The notes beneath the pieces were generated by a model, which saw only the letters and a list, made by a program, of their open reading frames with translations, had not been told where the DNA came from and searched no databases. Positions 19,720-29,530 of a stretch of 64,000 nt of DNA are shown piece by piece. The number at the start of each line of letters is the position of its first letter. Position 1 is the stretch's first letter. A program made the position numbers and the translations under genes. The stretch comes from Ostreococcus lucimarinus (lineage: Eukaryota): NCBI GenBank assembly GCA_000092065.1, contig CP000594.1; one strand, written 5' to 3'.

Positions 19720-20730
19720 ATGTCGCGGCGCGCGGCGACGGCGGTGACTCTCGCGGTGACGCTCGCGTCGCTGGTCCGCGCGCGCGCGCCGCGCACGGCG
19801 CGCCGCGGCGGCGACGAGGGCGACGCGCGGGCGGCGGGGGCGTGGACGGTCGGGGACGCCGCGCGCGCGACGCTGGCGTCCGCGTGCGTGTCGCTCGCGT
19901 CCCTGGTCGGGTGCGCGCTGATGGCGATCGGCGCGCGCGCGGACGCGCTCGCGTGGCTGAGCGACGCGGCGATCGGGGCGATGCTCGGGGACGCGCTCGG
20001 GTGTCAACTGCCGTCGGCGCTCGAGGCGGCGACGCGAGCGCGAGGACGCGACGGCGCGGGCGTCGCGGCGTGCGCGACGACGTGCGGCGTGCTGGCGTTT
20101 CATCAGTTGGAGGTGATCGTGCGCGCGGTGAAGGCGCGAAACGATGGGAAAGTGGGGACGACGCGGCGGCGTCGAACGCCGAGCGAAAGCCGAAGCCGAA
20201 GCCGAAGCCGAGGCGCGAGTGGTCGAGCGCGCGAGCGACGCGCGGCGGCGCGAGAGATCGCGGCGAGCGGATGGCTCAATCTGTTCGCCGATGCCGCGCA
20301 CAACTTCACCGACGGCGTCGTGATCGCGATCGCGTTCGCCCGGCGCGGCGCGACGCGCGGCTACGCCGCGGCGTGGACGACGCTCGCGCACGAGCTTCCG
20401 CAAGAGCTCGGCGACTACGGCATCTTACGACGCTCGGGATTCACCGACGTCGAGGCGTTATGGTTCAACTTTCTCTCCGCCCTCGTCGCCGTCGGCGCGA
20501 CCGCGCTCACGTTCCTCGTCCTGGCCGCGCTCGACGCCGCGAGCGCCTCCGCGTCGTCCTTCGCCCGACGTCTCGCCCTCGACGTTCCCTACCTCGTCGA
20601 GGCCTTCTGCGCCGGCGGGTTTCTCACCGTCGCCTTCACCGCCCTTCGCGAGGACGATTCGGGATCCGCGTTCGCGCGCGTTCGCGTGTTCGTCGCCGCC
20701 GTCCTCGTCGCGCGTCGCGGCGCCCACTGA
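19720..20730 (+). CDS. ZIP-family (SLC39) zinc/iron permease
   Basis: ZIP signature around the metal-binding TM helices (WLNLFADAAHNFTDGVVIAIAF...HELPQELGDYGIL), with multiple TM segments. I chose the ATG at 19720 because the ATG at 19669 would overlap the ALG14 start codon. Confidence 0.75.
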   Translation: MSRRAATAVTLAVTLASLVRARAPRTARRGGDEGDARAAGAWTVGDAARATLASACVSLASLVGCALMAIGARADALAWLSDAAIGAMLGDALGCQLPSALEAATRARGRDGAGVAACATTCGVLAFHQLEVIVRAVKARNDGKVGTTRRRRTPSESRSRSRSRGASGRARERRAAAREIAASGWLNLFADAAHNFTDGVVIAIAFARRGATRGYAAAWTTLAHELPQELGDYGILRRSGFTDVEALWFNFLSALVAVGATALTFLVLAALDAASASASSFARRLALDVPYLVEAFCAGGFLTVAFTALREDDSGSAFARVRVFVAAVLVARRGAH

Positions 20731-20842
20731 TGCATAAGTAACCCGAGCCCGACTGCGCGCGCCCCCCCTCGTGTCCGCCCCCCCTGCGATTTCCAATATT
20801 TCATATTCAACGACCCAAATGACCCAATTAACAAAAAACATG

Positions 20843-20860
20843 ACACACACACACACACAC
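20843..20860. repeat. (AC)9 dinucleotide microsatellite
   Basis: acacacacacacacacac upstream of the hypothetical gene at 21188. Confidence 0.9.
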
Positions 20861-21187
20861 GACGGTTCAGGACTCGTCGCGATTCAGGCGCCGTCGAGGG
20901 GCGCCGGCCGGTCTCCGCGCGCGGTCGTCGCGCCGACGCATCTCGCGACGCGATCGCGCGCGCGACGCGAGGACGACGACGCGCGGGAGGCGCGCGAAGC
21001 GACCGCCGCGGACGCGCGACGACGCGCGGCGCGATCGACGACGGAGACGCGCGATCGGGCGCGACGCGGCGCGGCGCGGCGACGGGACGAGGTTCGAATT
21101 AATTCCGCGGCGTCATCTCGAGACGCGCGCGGCGAATCGAGGAAGCGCGCGGGGACGCGAGGCGGGCGGTTCGAGGCGCGAGAGGAG

Positions 21188-22483
21188 ATGTCGCAGGCGG
21201 GGACGTCGACGAAGGCGGGACGAGGCGCGGATGGGCGCGAGAGGTTCGTCGTCATTCGCGCGATGGGGCTGAGCGTGGACGGGAAGGTGGAGGCGGTGGT
21301 GGAGAGCGAGGCGTTTCCGACGCTCGAGGCGGCGATCGGGCACAGCGAGTACTTGGCGCAGACGGTGAGAGCGCGCGGGGGGGTTCGGGGGAACGTGGGA
21401 CGAAACGGGGGGAAGAAAGGGATGAAGGCGTCGCGAACGACGATTTGCGAGTTGCCGGTGGACACGCAGGTGTGGCACGTGACGCCGACGAATATTCCCG
21501 GGCCGGCGTATCGAAACGAGGGGCAGCTCATGGTGATGCTGCTGTCGAGTCTGTGCGGACGCGTGGTGTCGAAATCGCGCAATGGGGTGTTGGATGAGTC
21601 GGAGTTCGCGTACAACAACGGCCACGGCGTGCGGTCGGCTCGCAACGGGGGCGACGCGGAGGCGCCACAAATTGCGGACGGCATTCCTTACGTCAAAGCA
21701 AAGATTTTCGGCCAGAAAACGGCTGACCCATTCATGTTGCGCCCTAACATCTCCAAGGCTGCGTTCAGAACGCTCCTCCTGCGCGCGGTGGGTAAGTACC
21801 TGGCCGACGATCGCGAGCCGTACCCGGTGCTGGCGAAATCAGACGTGCAGCTTCAAGTCGCGCAAGTGGCTCACGGAGTCCAATACCACGTTCTCGCGAT
21901 TCGTGCGCTTGGACATTCCGCCGCGGACTTTTCGATGTCCATCGATGATCAAGGTCGAACCTTTGTGCGCGCCGATCCGGCGCAACCGCCAAACTCGAAC
22001 CCGAAGTTGGGGCGGCCGTTCGAGCTGTTGTGTCAGTTCCCTTCCCTCGTGCACTTGCAAACGTGCCGCTGCATTTATCAAGACGACGTACTGTACATCA
22101 TTGTGTATCCTCGTAACGCCAAGTCGCGATCACTTCGTTTGTCTTCAGCAGAAATTAGAAACACGTCTTTGCCGGAAAGCATTCGAAACACCGCGACGGG
22201 CGCCGGCGTGGAAAAGGCCAACGGACCTTCGTTTCCGCGCGAAGTAGGGATCGAGGATGGAACAAATAGCGCTAGACCGGGCGATGAGATTGCCTTGGCT
22301 ACCCTTGGTGGCGCTTTTGGGAAGAACGAAGATGACTCTGACTCCGACAACACGGATGACTTCTCGAACGACGAGGCAGAGGAGCCACGTGCCAAGACTG
22401 CGGCGCCCGAGGTTGATGAGAAGACGATAGATTTACCAGACGAGGATGTCGACAGCGAGGTGGAAGAGCCGATGCCCGAATAG
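21188..22483 (+). CDS. Hypothetical protein with an acidic C-terminal tail
   Basis: 431-aa ORF from the ATG at 21188. Its composition is moderate-GC and diverse, unlike the GC-filler ORFs (e.g. QVWHVTPTNIPGPAYRNEGQLMVMLLSSLCG...LYIIVYPRNA). It ends in a D/E-rich tail. I recognise no family. Confidence 0.5.
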   Translation: MSQAGTSTKAGRGADGRERFVVIRAMGLSVDGKVEAVVESEAFPTLEAAIGHSEYLAQTVRARGGVRGNVGRNGGKKGMKASRTTICELPVDTQVWHVTPTNIPGPAYRNEGQLMVMLLSSLCGRVVSKSRNGVLDESEFAYNNGHGVRSARNGGDAEAPQIADGIPYVKAKIFGQKTADPFMLRPNISKAAFRTLLLRAVGKYLADDREPYPVLAKSDVQLQVAQVAHGVQYHVLAIRALGHSAADFSMSIDDQGRTFVRADPAQPPNSNPKLGRPFELLCQFPSLVHLQTCRCIYQDDVLYIIVYPRNAKSRSLRLSSAEIRNTSLPESIRNTATGAGVEKANGPSFPREVGIEDGTNSARPGDEIALATLGGAFGKNEDDSDSDNTDDFSNDEAEEPRAKTAAPEVDEKTIDLPDEDVDSEVEEPMPE

Positions 22484-22591
22484 GATGATTTTACGTGATG
22501 GACTATTAATAATGCACTCAATGTGAATACACGCTGCGCTACGCTCTAATGTGATGGAATAATGATGCGTTAAATGTCAGTACACGCTGCG

Positions 22592-24151
22592 CTACCCTCT
22601 GTCCGCGTTCAAATCCCCGTCGTTCTCTATCGGTGCCACCTCGTTTTCGTCCGTCTGTAAAGCCTCGAGCACGGCCCTTCGTTCCATCTCTACGTCGTGA
22701 TCGATGGTAAATGTAATGCAGGCCAAAATAACGCCACACACAAACCAAAAGGTAAACGCCACGTTGAACGCCACTCGTCTGCCCATGCTCACGATGAGCA
22801 AGGCGACCAGCGCGGGTCCACCGCCTTTACCGACGTCGTCAATTTGTGAGTAAAATGCAAACATACTTCCACGAGTTTCCGGCGGGTTGACATTCAACAA
22901 AATTGCGCGCACATTGGGCGGTGTCACCGAGCAGAAAACGCCGCCGACGAGGCACGACAGGTACAAACCGACCCTCCCCGGACCGTAGTCGTTGACGTTG
23001 AGATAGTAATACGCTGGAAGTGCTCCAATAGCGGTCGTCAGTCCCATTAAAATCGGAAGTTCGCTCTTCTTCTTATTGTACATCCTCTGACCGATGAATC
23101 CTCCCCCAATGGTGCCGAAGGCGGAGCCCAAGCCGAAGACGGTGATGGCCGCCGTGGCGTTTTGCACCGTCATACCCTTTTGCTTATGTAAAAAGTCGAC
23201 AAAGTACGAATTGAACACCCCCCACGGCACCGTGCCCGGCAAGCCTTGCGCAAGCACGAGGATGTTGGTCTTCACAAGCAATTGCTTCTTGACCTTGCTC
23301 CAATTCATCTTGGCTTTATACGAAACATCTCCCGCTTCGTCGCCGCTTTCGAGCTCGTCCTCCGTCTGCGCCGTCGTTTGTTCGTCGGAATCATCCCGCT
23401 CAGCGACATTTTTCGTTGAATTCCTTCGCATCGTCATTCGATGAACTTCTTCCTCCTGAGCGCCACGCTTGGGCTCGTCGACGACGAGAACCATCACCGT
23501 TGCGAGCACGACCGCGGGCGCGGATGTGAGGATGAACGGTAGTCGCCACCCGTACGCCGGCCCTACCGTACCCGCCACCACTTGTCCGAGCGCCACTCCC
23601 GCTCCCGTCGCGATCGTCAAAAAACTCGCCACGTAACTCCGCTCATGACTCGCAAACAAATCTCCGCACAACGAGAACAACAGCGGTAAGCATCCGCCCA
23701 CCGCGATGCCCGTCATCGCGCGAAGCGCAAACAACTGCCAATAACTCGTCACCCAATACGTCGCCATGCACGGCCCTTCACCGATCAGTGTCGTCCAAAA
23801 GAACAAACGCACTCGACGCACTCGATCGGCGTAGTACCCGATGATCAGCGACGCCGGCGAGCCGACGACGAAAAACGCCAGCTGGAGCAACCCGCCCAGC
23901 TTGACATCCTTCTCTTTTTCATCCATCCCGAACTCCTCCGCTATGGCGCTCATGTTCGGCCCGATGAGGTTTTGATCGGCGTACAGGAACAGAGAAGTGG
24001 CCGTGATCAACCCGACGACGCCGTAGCGCTTCCATCGCTCGCGTCGCGCAAGTCTACGCCGTTGAAAACTCACGGAAGATGATGTCCCCGCCGCTGGGAT
24101 AGCTTCGCCTTCGCGAGGCGCTCGGGACGCGTCGGAGGACTCAGAGGGCAT
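22592..24151 (-). CDS. Major-facilitator-superfamily transporter, spinster-like (paralogue 1)
   Basis: 12-TM MFS architecture with spinster/Spns-type motifs (LFLYADQNLIGPNMSAIAEEFG, LRAMTGIAVGG, GWRLPF). The start is the ATG at 24151. Confidence 0.8.
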   Translation of the reverse strand: MPSESSDASRAPREGEAIPAAGTSSSVSFQRRRLARRERWKRYGVVGLITATSLFLYADQNLIGPNMSAIAEEFGMDEKEKDVKLGGLLQLAFFVVGSPASLIIGYYADRVRRVRLFFWTTLIGEGPCMATYWVTSYWQLFALRAMTGIAVGGCLPLLFSLCGDLFASHERSYVASFLTIATGAGVALGQVVAGTVGPAYGWRLPFILTSAPAVVLATVMVLVVDEPKRGAQEEEVHRMTMRRNSTKNVAERDDSDEQTTAQTEDELESGDEAGDVSYKAKMNWSKVKKQLLVKTNILVLAQGLPGTVPWGVFNSYFVDFLHKQKGMTVQNATAAITVFGLGSAFGTIGGGFIGQRMYNKKKSELPILMGLTTAIGALPAYYYLNVNDYGPGRVGLYLSCLVGGVFCSVTPPNVRAILLNVNPPETRGSMFAFYSQIDDVGKGGGPALVALLIVSMGRRVAFNVAFTFWFVCGVILACITFTIDHDVEMERRAVLEALQTDENEVAPIENDGDLNADRG

Positions 24152-24361
24152 GAAACTTCGCGCGCGCGTTAAAAGCGATACGATGCACGAACCGCGGCGC
24201 GCGCACCGTCGCGCGCGGGCGCGCGCCGATGTACGGCTCGCGCGCGGGCTGGGACGCTCAACAACTCTTTCGGGACGAGCGCGCGCGCGGCGAAATACAC
24301 AACACATCATATTTATTGCACTAAGTTTCATCGAGCGCTCGCGACCAGTCGCGCGGAATCA

Positions 24362-25264
24362 TTATTGACGACCTCCTGAGCGCTGCAAAGCGGCGAGTTT
24401 CGCTTTAGTCGCCACGAGTTCGCGGCGGAGCGCGGCGTTTTCCTCTTCGAGCGCTCGCATCGCGCTCTCGCGCTTTTCGCGACTTCTCGCCGCGCTCTCG
24501 CGGTTACGGAACAGCCGCTCTTGCATGCGGAGCGCTTTCTCGGCTTCGGTCTCTTTCGGGGCGCCTTTCGGCTTCCGTCCCATCTTGAGCGGGGCGATGG
24601 CTTGTCGAAACGCCGGAGGCGTGGCGATGCCGCTGCGCTTCTTCAACCGCTTGGGTTCGTAGGACACGCCCGGAACGGTGGGAACTATCATCATCGACAC
24701 CCGGGACGGCGCACTCCCCGTCGTTTTCGTCGTCGTCGTTTTCTTCACCGCGGTCGCCCTCCCGTTCGTCGCCCTCTTCGCCTTCGCCTTCGCCGTCTTC
24801 CCCGCCGTCACCGTCGCCGTCGTCGTCGCCGCTTCATCCCCCCCGGCGTCCGCCAGCGCCAGCGCCGTCGTCAACTGCATGAAATTCATCGTCGGCAGGC
24901 TCGGCAGGCTCGGCAGGCTCGGCTCGCGTCCCCGCGCCGTCCCGCTCGCGCCGCTCGAATTAATCTTCGCCCACACGTCTCCCATGCTCTGCCGTCCCGC
25001 CTCGTCCGGCAATCGATCGAATATTTTCGCGTCGATCGTCGACGCCTGTCGCGCCACCGCCGTCGCCACCTCGCGCATCGTCGCCGTCGCCGCGTCCGCG
25101 CCTCGTCCGAGCGCGTCCAGCGTCAGCCCGAGCGCGGGGTCGTCCGCGTGCGCGCTCAGCGTCGGGACGAGCTCGCGCGCCCATTTACGCAGCGAATCAT
25201 CGCGCATCACCGCGTCGTCACCGTCGTCCGTCGTCGCGTCGCGTCGCGTCGCCGCGCGCGGCAT
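24362..25264 (-). CDS. bZIP transcription factor
   Basis: C-terminal basic region plus leucine zipper (KALRMQERLFRNRESAARSREKRESAMRALEEENAALRRELVATKAKLAAL). Ser/Ala/Thr-rich N-terminus with an SLPSLPSLP repeat. Confidence 0.75.
   Translation of the reverse strand: MPRAATRRDATTDDGDDAVMRDDSLRKWARELVPTLSAHADDPALGLTLDALGRGADAATATMREVATAVARQASTIDAKIFDRLPDEAGRQSMGDVWAKINSSGASGTARGREPSLPSLPSLPTMNFMQLTTALALADAGGDEAATTTATVTAGKTAKAKAKRATNGRATAVKKTTTTKTTGSAPSRVSMMIVPTVPGVSYEPKRLKKRSGIATPPAFRQAIAPLKMGRKPKGAPKETEAEKALRMQERLFRNRESAARSREKRESAMRALEEENAALRRELVATKAKLAALQRSGGRQ
24892..24925. repeat. Short tandem repeat (GGCAGGCTC)x3-4 inside the bZIP gene
   Basis: ggcaggctcggcaggctcggcaggctcggctcg; encodes SLPSLPSLP on the minus strand. 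Confidence 0.7.
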
Positions 25265-25621
25265 CGCGTCGCGTCGTGCCGCGTCGCCGCGCCGATCGAC
25301 CGGTCGCGCGCGTCGATATCGCCACGTGGCGATATCTGGATATTCGACGAGTCCCGACCCGTCGATCGAGCCCAGATCCGATCGCGCGGGTGCCGACCGA
25401 CGCCGCCGCGCGCGACGGCGACGGTTCGCGCGCGACGGTATTTTTGGACGGCGCGCGACGGCGCGCGACGGCGCGCGCGCGCAGAGCGCGGCGCGCGACG
25501 CGCGGGCGAACGCGCGCGACGGTGCCGGCGACGCGCGCGGCGACGCGCGGTCGGCGCGCGACGGCGCGCGCGAGGAAACGGACGCGCGAGGACGCGACGG
25601 TTCGTCTCGCGCGCGGACGCG

Positions 25622-28012
25622 ATGGGAGGCGCGCGCGACGACGACGTCGCGACGCACGCGGAGCGGGCGCGACGGGAGGCGCGAGCGATCGAACGGCGAG
25701 CGACGCGGTTGGAGCGACGCGCGGAGGCGCTGCGGGCGCGGCGAAAGGCGCTCGGGACGGAGGCGCGGGAGGAGGACGTGGCGGCGGCGCGGTGCGCGGC
25801 GGAGGCGGAGCGCGAGGAGGCGAGGATTCGAGCGCGCGGGCGCGGTGAGACGGTGGAATCGCTGCGGGAGAAGCGAGACGCGGTGATGAGGACGCTAGAG
25901 GAGGCGAGACGGCACGAGGCCGAGCGGTTGGCGCCGATGGTGGTGAGCGCGCGGGAGGAGTGCGAGATGTTGCGCGAGGAAATCGAGGGATGCGGGAAGC
26001 GCGCCGAGGCGCTGACGGGGAGCAGAGACGAGCGCGAACGACGCGCGTGCGAGGTCGAACGCGCGTGCGCGAGCGTGCGAGAGGCACTGAAAATCGAGCG
26101 AGAGAGATTAAAGTGTGAGAAAGCGGTGTTGGGGAAAATACGAGCTGAAAAAGACGCACTGTTTGAGACGTTGACGCGCGCTCGAGCCGACGCGGCGACG
26201 CTCGAAACCCGCGCGGAGACGCTTCGATGCGCAGAAACCGATGCAGAGACGTCGGTGCGACGCAACGAGCAAGAATTGAGCGAACACGTGAGTAAGAACG
26301 CGAAGTTTGACGAGCAGCTGTCGACCGCGGAGAGAGGTTTAAACGATCTCAAGGCGCTCTTGGAGCGGGAATCGTTGGCGCGAGACGAAATCGCCGCCGA
26401 GGGCGTGCGCCGCGAGCTCGATCGACGCGCGTGTCAGAAGTCTTTGACTCGAGCCAAGCAGACGTCGCTTCGTGAGACGCGTGCAAACGCACATCTTACG
26501 TATCTCGTGAACGAAATGTTGACGAACGCACGCTCGATTGCCGACATTGTCGAGGACGTCGAAGGGACAAAGGCTGCGCTCGAACGTGAGCTCGCCACGG
26601 CGGTTCGCGACACCAAGCGTACCATAGAAGAGCAAAACGCGCTCAGACTCGACGTGAACGAGCGTAGGGAAGAGTGCAAGGTAGAAATCACCAAAGGAGA
26701 TTTGCTTGCGCACACCGTGACAGTCACCGTGCGCCAAGAAATAGCAGATTTAGAAGATGAGGTAAAATGTCTTCGTCGCGAGGAGGCGGCGAGAAATCGA
26801 ATACAAAAGTACGTCGCCGACAGGGTCTCGCGCGCGATGAAGCGTCACCAAGGCGTGCAGCAAAACATAGCACAACTAAAATCGCTATTGCGTATCCGCG
26901 ATGCGGAGATGATGGATGTGAAGTCAAATATCGACGACGCGCGAGAGCGCCGCTCGCACTTTGAACGCCTGCGAGAATTGACGACGACGCAACGCGACGC
27001 GTTCGCGACGATCGTGAGAAAATCTGGCGTCATCGCCGGAGCTACTCGAGAAAAGAATGAATGTTTACATTTGAAAACGTTCGAGCTCGAGCGTCAAGCG
27101 CAAGAGAAAGATTGGGAAGTTTCCGCGGCGCGCGGAGAGACAGATGCGAAGAAGCGCGAGAGGGATGCGCGCCGAAATCAAAACGACGCCGTCTCGCACG
27201 TCATCTTGCGCGCCAGAGCGGACATGGAGGTGAGTGAAACCGAACTCGGAAAACTACAAAACGAGCTCAAGGCCGGGAAGTGCGATCAAGAGCTTTTATT
27301 CGAGCAATCAAAGGCGCTTGTGAAATCACGTCAGGCAGTCGCCATGGAGTTGCTCGACCGAAACGACGAGTTGTGTCAACTGTGCGATCGTATCGCCACG
27401 TCCGAAGACGTCAGCCGGCAGTGCGAAGAAGAGCTCGCGCTGCGTGTACATGAATATGAAACACTACGCCGTCAAGTACACGACCTAGAGCGTTCCCTGA
27501 TCGTCGCGCGGCGAAACGTCGCCGCCATACCGCGCTACCAAGCCGAGATTTCGAGCAAGCGCTCGACGCTATACGAGATGCGCGTCTCGGCGGAGAATCT
27601 GAGTCAGCGATTGGAAGATCCGAACGAGCACACGCGGTGGCGATTAATTCATGGTCCGAAGGGTGAGCAAGAAAACGACGTTGACGTGGACGTTTTCAAC
27701 GATAAGCTTGCGAGCGTGGGATCGAGAATTCAAGATCAAGAGCGCGAGCTCGCGAGGCGTCGACTGAGATGTCAAGACATCGATCGAGAGATTGAACGTT
27801 TGCGAGCGGTCATCGCCGAAAATGCAGACGAAGCGATCGAAACTGCGTCGTCGCTCAATCGAGCGAAATCCAAGCTCTCGGCCGTCGAGCGAGCGCTCCT
27901 CGCCGCGGTGTCCGAACTCACCATGTATCGAGCGCTCACCGCCGCGCTCGCCGACGCAAAATCGCGAAACATCGCCGAGATCGATGCCTTACGCTTGAGT
28001 TTAGAGACGTAA
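25622..28012 (+). CDS. Large coiled-coil protein, possibly cilia/flagella-associated of the CCDC39/40/CFAP class
   Basis: 796 aa of heptad-rich sequence with charged E/R/K/L periodicity throughout. It has no enzymatic motifs and carries one conserved-looking block, EDPNEHTRWRLIHGPKGE. The start is the ATG at 25622; the upstream part of the long ORF is antisense to the bZIP gene. Confidence 0.55.
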   Translation: MGGARDDDVATHAERARREARAIERRATRLERRAEALRARRKALGTEAREEDVAAARCAAEAEREEARIRARGRGETVESLREKRDAVMRTLEEARRHEAERLAPMVVSAREECEMLREEIEGCGKRAEALTGSRDERERRACEVERACASVREALKIERERLKCEKAVLGKIRAEKDALFETLTRARADAATLETRAETLRCAETDAETSVRRNEQELSEHVSKNAKFDEQLSTAERGLNDLKALLERESLARDEIAAEGVRRELDRRACQKSLTRAKQTSLRETRANAHLTYLVNEMLTNARSIADIVEDVEGTKAALERELATAVRDTKRTIEEQNALRLDVNERREECKVEITKGDLLAHTVTVTVRQEIADLEDEVKCLRREEAARNRIQKYVADRVSRAMKRHQGVQQNIAQLKSLLRIRDAEMMDVKSNIDDARERRSHFERLRELTTTQRDAFATIVRKSGVIAGATREKNECLHLKTFELERQAQEKDWEVSAARGETDAKKRERDARRNQNDAVSHVILRARADMEVSETELGKLQNELKAGKCDQELLFEQSKALVKSRQAVAMELLDRNDELCQLCDRIATSEDVSRQCEEELALRVHEYETLRRQVHDLERSLIVARRNVAAIPRYQAEISSKRSTLYEMRVSAENLSQRLEDPNEHTRWRLIHGPKGEQENDVDVDVFNDKLASVGSRIQDQERELARRRLRCQDIDREIERLRAVIAENADEAIETASSLNRAKSKLSAVERALLAAVSELTMYRALTAALADAKSRNIAEIDALRLSLET

Positions 28013-28133
28013 ACGAAACGATCTTGATGACGTGAGCGATTACGACGACGACCACGACGACGCGCGCTTGGACGAACGCATTCAAGCTAAAAGAAAAGAA
28101 TTACAACCGCTGGGTCTTCGCGCGGTGCTCACC

Positions 28134-28562
28134 CTAACTCGCTAGTATTCCCAGTAGCACCAACACGCCCGCGATCGCGCTGTACTTGAGCGTCGTAAAA
28201 ATCAACGCCCACGTCACGCTTATCAGCTTCACCCCAACGACCGCGAACCACACACCGAGCAATCCAAACAAAACCCCCACCGCCGCGCCCTCGGGCGTGA
28301 GCTTGTCCCCGCCCGGCAGCTCGCTCGTCGGCATGCTGAACACGTTGGTATCCGCCTTGTATCGCTGTTGGTACTTGAACTGATCCAAAAACCACGCCGC
28401 TTCGGACATTTGCACGTCTTTCTTGCTCTTCTTCGCGCGCGCGACGACGGCGTGGCGATTTCGCTCGGACGAGGGCCGTTGAGGTTGGCGTTGGGGTTCG
28501 CACGCACCGCGAGTTCGGGACGCGGACGCGCACGCCGGCGCGCGCACGGTGCGCAACGACAT
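28134..28562 (-). CDS. Small hypothetical two-TM membrane protein with a transit-peptide-like N-terminus
   Basis: MSLRTVRAPACASASRTRGA... followed by a soluble stretch, then two hydrophobic helices (AAVGVLFGLLGVWFAVVGV, AIAGVLVLLGILAS). No family recognised. Confidence 0.4.
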   Translation of the reverse strand: MSLRTVRAPACASASRTRGACEPQRQPQRPSSERNRHAVVARAKKSKKDVQMSEAAWFLDQFKYQQRYKADTNVFSMPTSELPGGDKLTPEGAAVGVLFGLLGVWFAVVGVKLISVTWALIFTTLKYSAIAGVLVLLGILAS

Positions 28563-28705
28563 CTGATTGATGTCTCGGCGCGGTCGCGCGAGGCTGCGTC
28601 ACGAGTTCGAGCGAGGCGCGCACTGCGGCGAAGGCTGGGTCGCCCAGCGAGCGAGCGTCGAGAGTAACTCGAGAGTCACGAAAGCAATGAATCAATCAAA
28701 ATCAG

Positions 28706-29530
28706 CTATGTTTCCGTGGTGACGTACGTGTACACGTCTCCCGATCGCCCGAATCCTAGGGGTAGTTTTTTACCCACGATGCCCGCGTAATCGCCGACGC
28801 TCCATCGGACGCACCGCTCGTGGAGCGCGTGCGCGTGCGAACCCGGCTCGATGTTTGGATTATTCAAGAACTCGTCCACGCTCGCCCACTTCGCGCGCTC
28901 GATCTCTGTTTCCTGAATCTTAATCTCCCTCGACGCTCCATCCTTGACGCGCAGGCCGACGCAAAAGAATAAATCAGATTTGCCAAACAACCCAAAGTGG
29001 CCGTGTCGACACCCCACGACGGCGTCGAACGTCGTCTCGATCCCAGTCTCCTCCAACACTTCCCGCACCGCCGCGTCGGGAATGTCCTCCCCAGCCTCCA
29101 ACAACCCCGTCGGCATCTTCCACAGATCTCTCCCGCTCGCCGGACCTCGTCGTTCCTGCACGAGGAGCACCTTTTCGTTTTCGCCGTCGTACACAAACGC
29201 CCCGACGCCAACCTGATGCGACGCATTATTCGGTATCGTCGACGCCTCATCGCTCGGCAACCACGTCGTCATCATCACATACGTTCTTTCGGCGTGATGA
29301 AACTCAAATCCGCGCTCCTTCGCCACCGGAACCAACCGCGCGTCGTCGAGCGCGAGCTTCAGCCACACCCCTCGCGCGCCGCTCGCGCGCCACGTCGCCA
29401 ACCACCCTCCCAGCGTCGCGTCGAACGCCTCCGGCGTGCGCGCCGCCCTCACGAACGCATCGTGCGCGTTATCGACGATGATCCCACCGTATCGATCGAT
29501 CGTCCACGGCGCGTTCGTCGCCGTCGCCAT
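28706..29530 (-). CDS. Nudix hydrolase with an N-terminal pre-Nudix domain
   Basis: Nudix box GLLEAGEDIPDAAVREVLEETGI. The N-terminal domain resembles plant NUDT2/6/7-type enzymes. The start is the ATG at 29530. Confidence 0.8.
   Translation of the reverse strand: MATATNAPWTIDRYGGIIVDNAHDAFVRAARTPEAFDATLGGWLATWRASGARGVWLKLALDDARLVPVAKERGFEFHHAERTYVMMTTWLPSDEASTIPNNASHQVGVGAFVYDGENEKVLLVQERRGPASGRDLWKMPTGLLEAGEDIPDAAVREVLEETGIETTFDAVVGCRHGHFGLFGKSDLFFCVGLRVKDGASREIKIQETEIERAKWASVDEFLNNPNIEPGSHAHALHERCVRWSVGDYAGIVGKKLPLGFGRSGDVYTYVTTET

Noticed and set aside
24521-25621. A 1163-aa ORF fusing an N-terminal Arg-rich region to the coiled-coil protein
   Set aside because: The first ~367 codons are antisense to the bZIP gene and have no Met. 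The coiled-coil protein starts at the ATG at 25622.
25207-26352. 381-aa and 313-aa minus ORFs opposite the coiled-coil gene start, and similar mirror ORFs at 29449..30870, 31963..33060, 37105..38514, 38770..39366, 59360..60682
   Set aside because: Pro/Arg/Ala/Ser filler composition, no start-context, antisense to well-supported genes.
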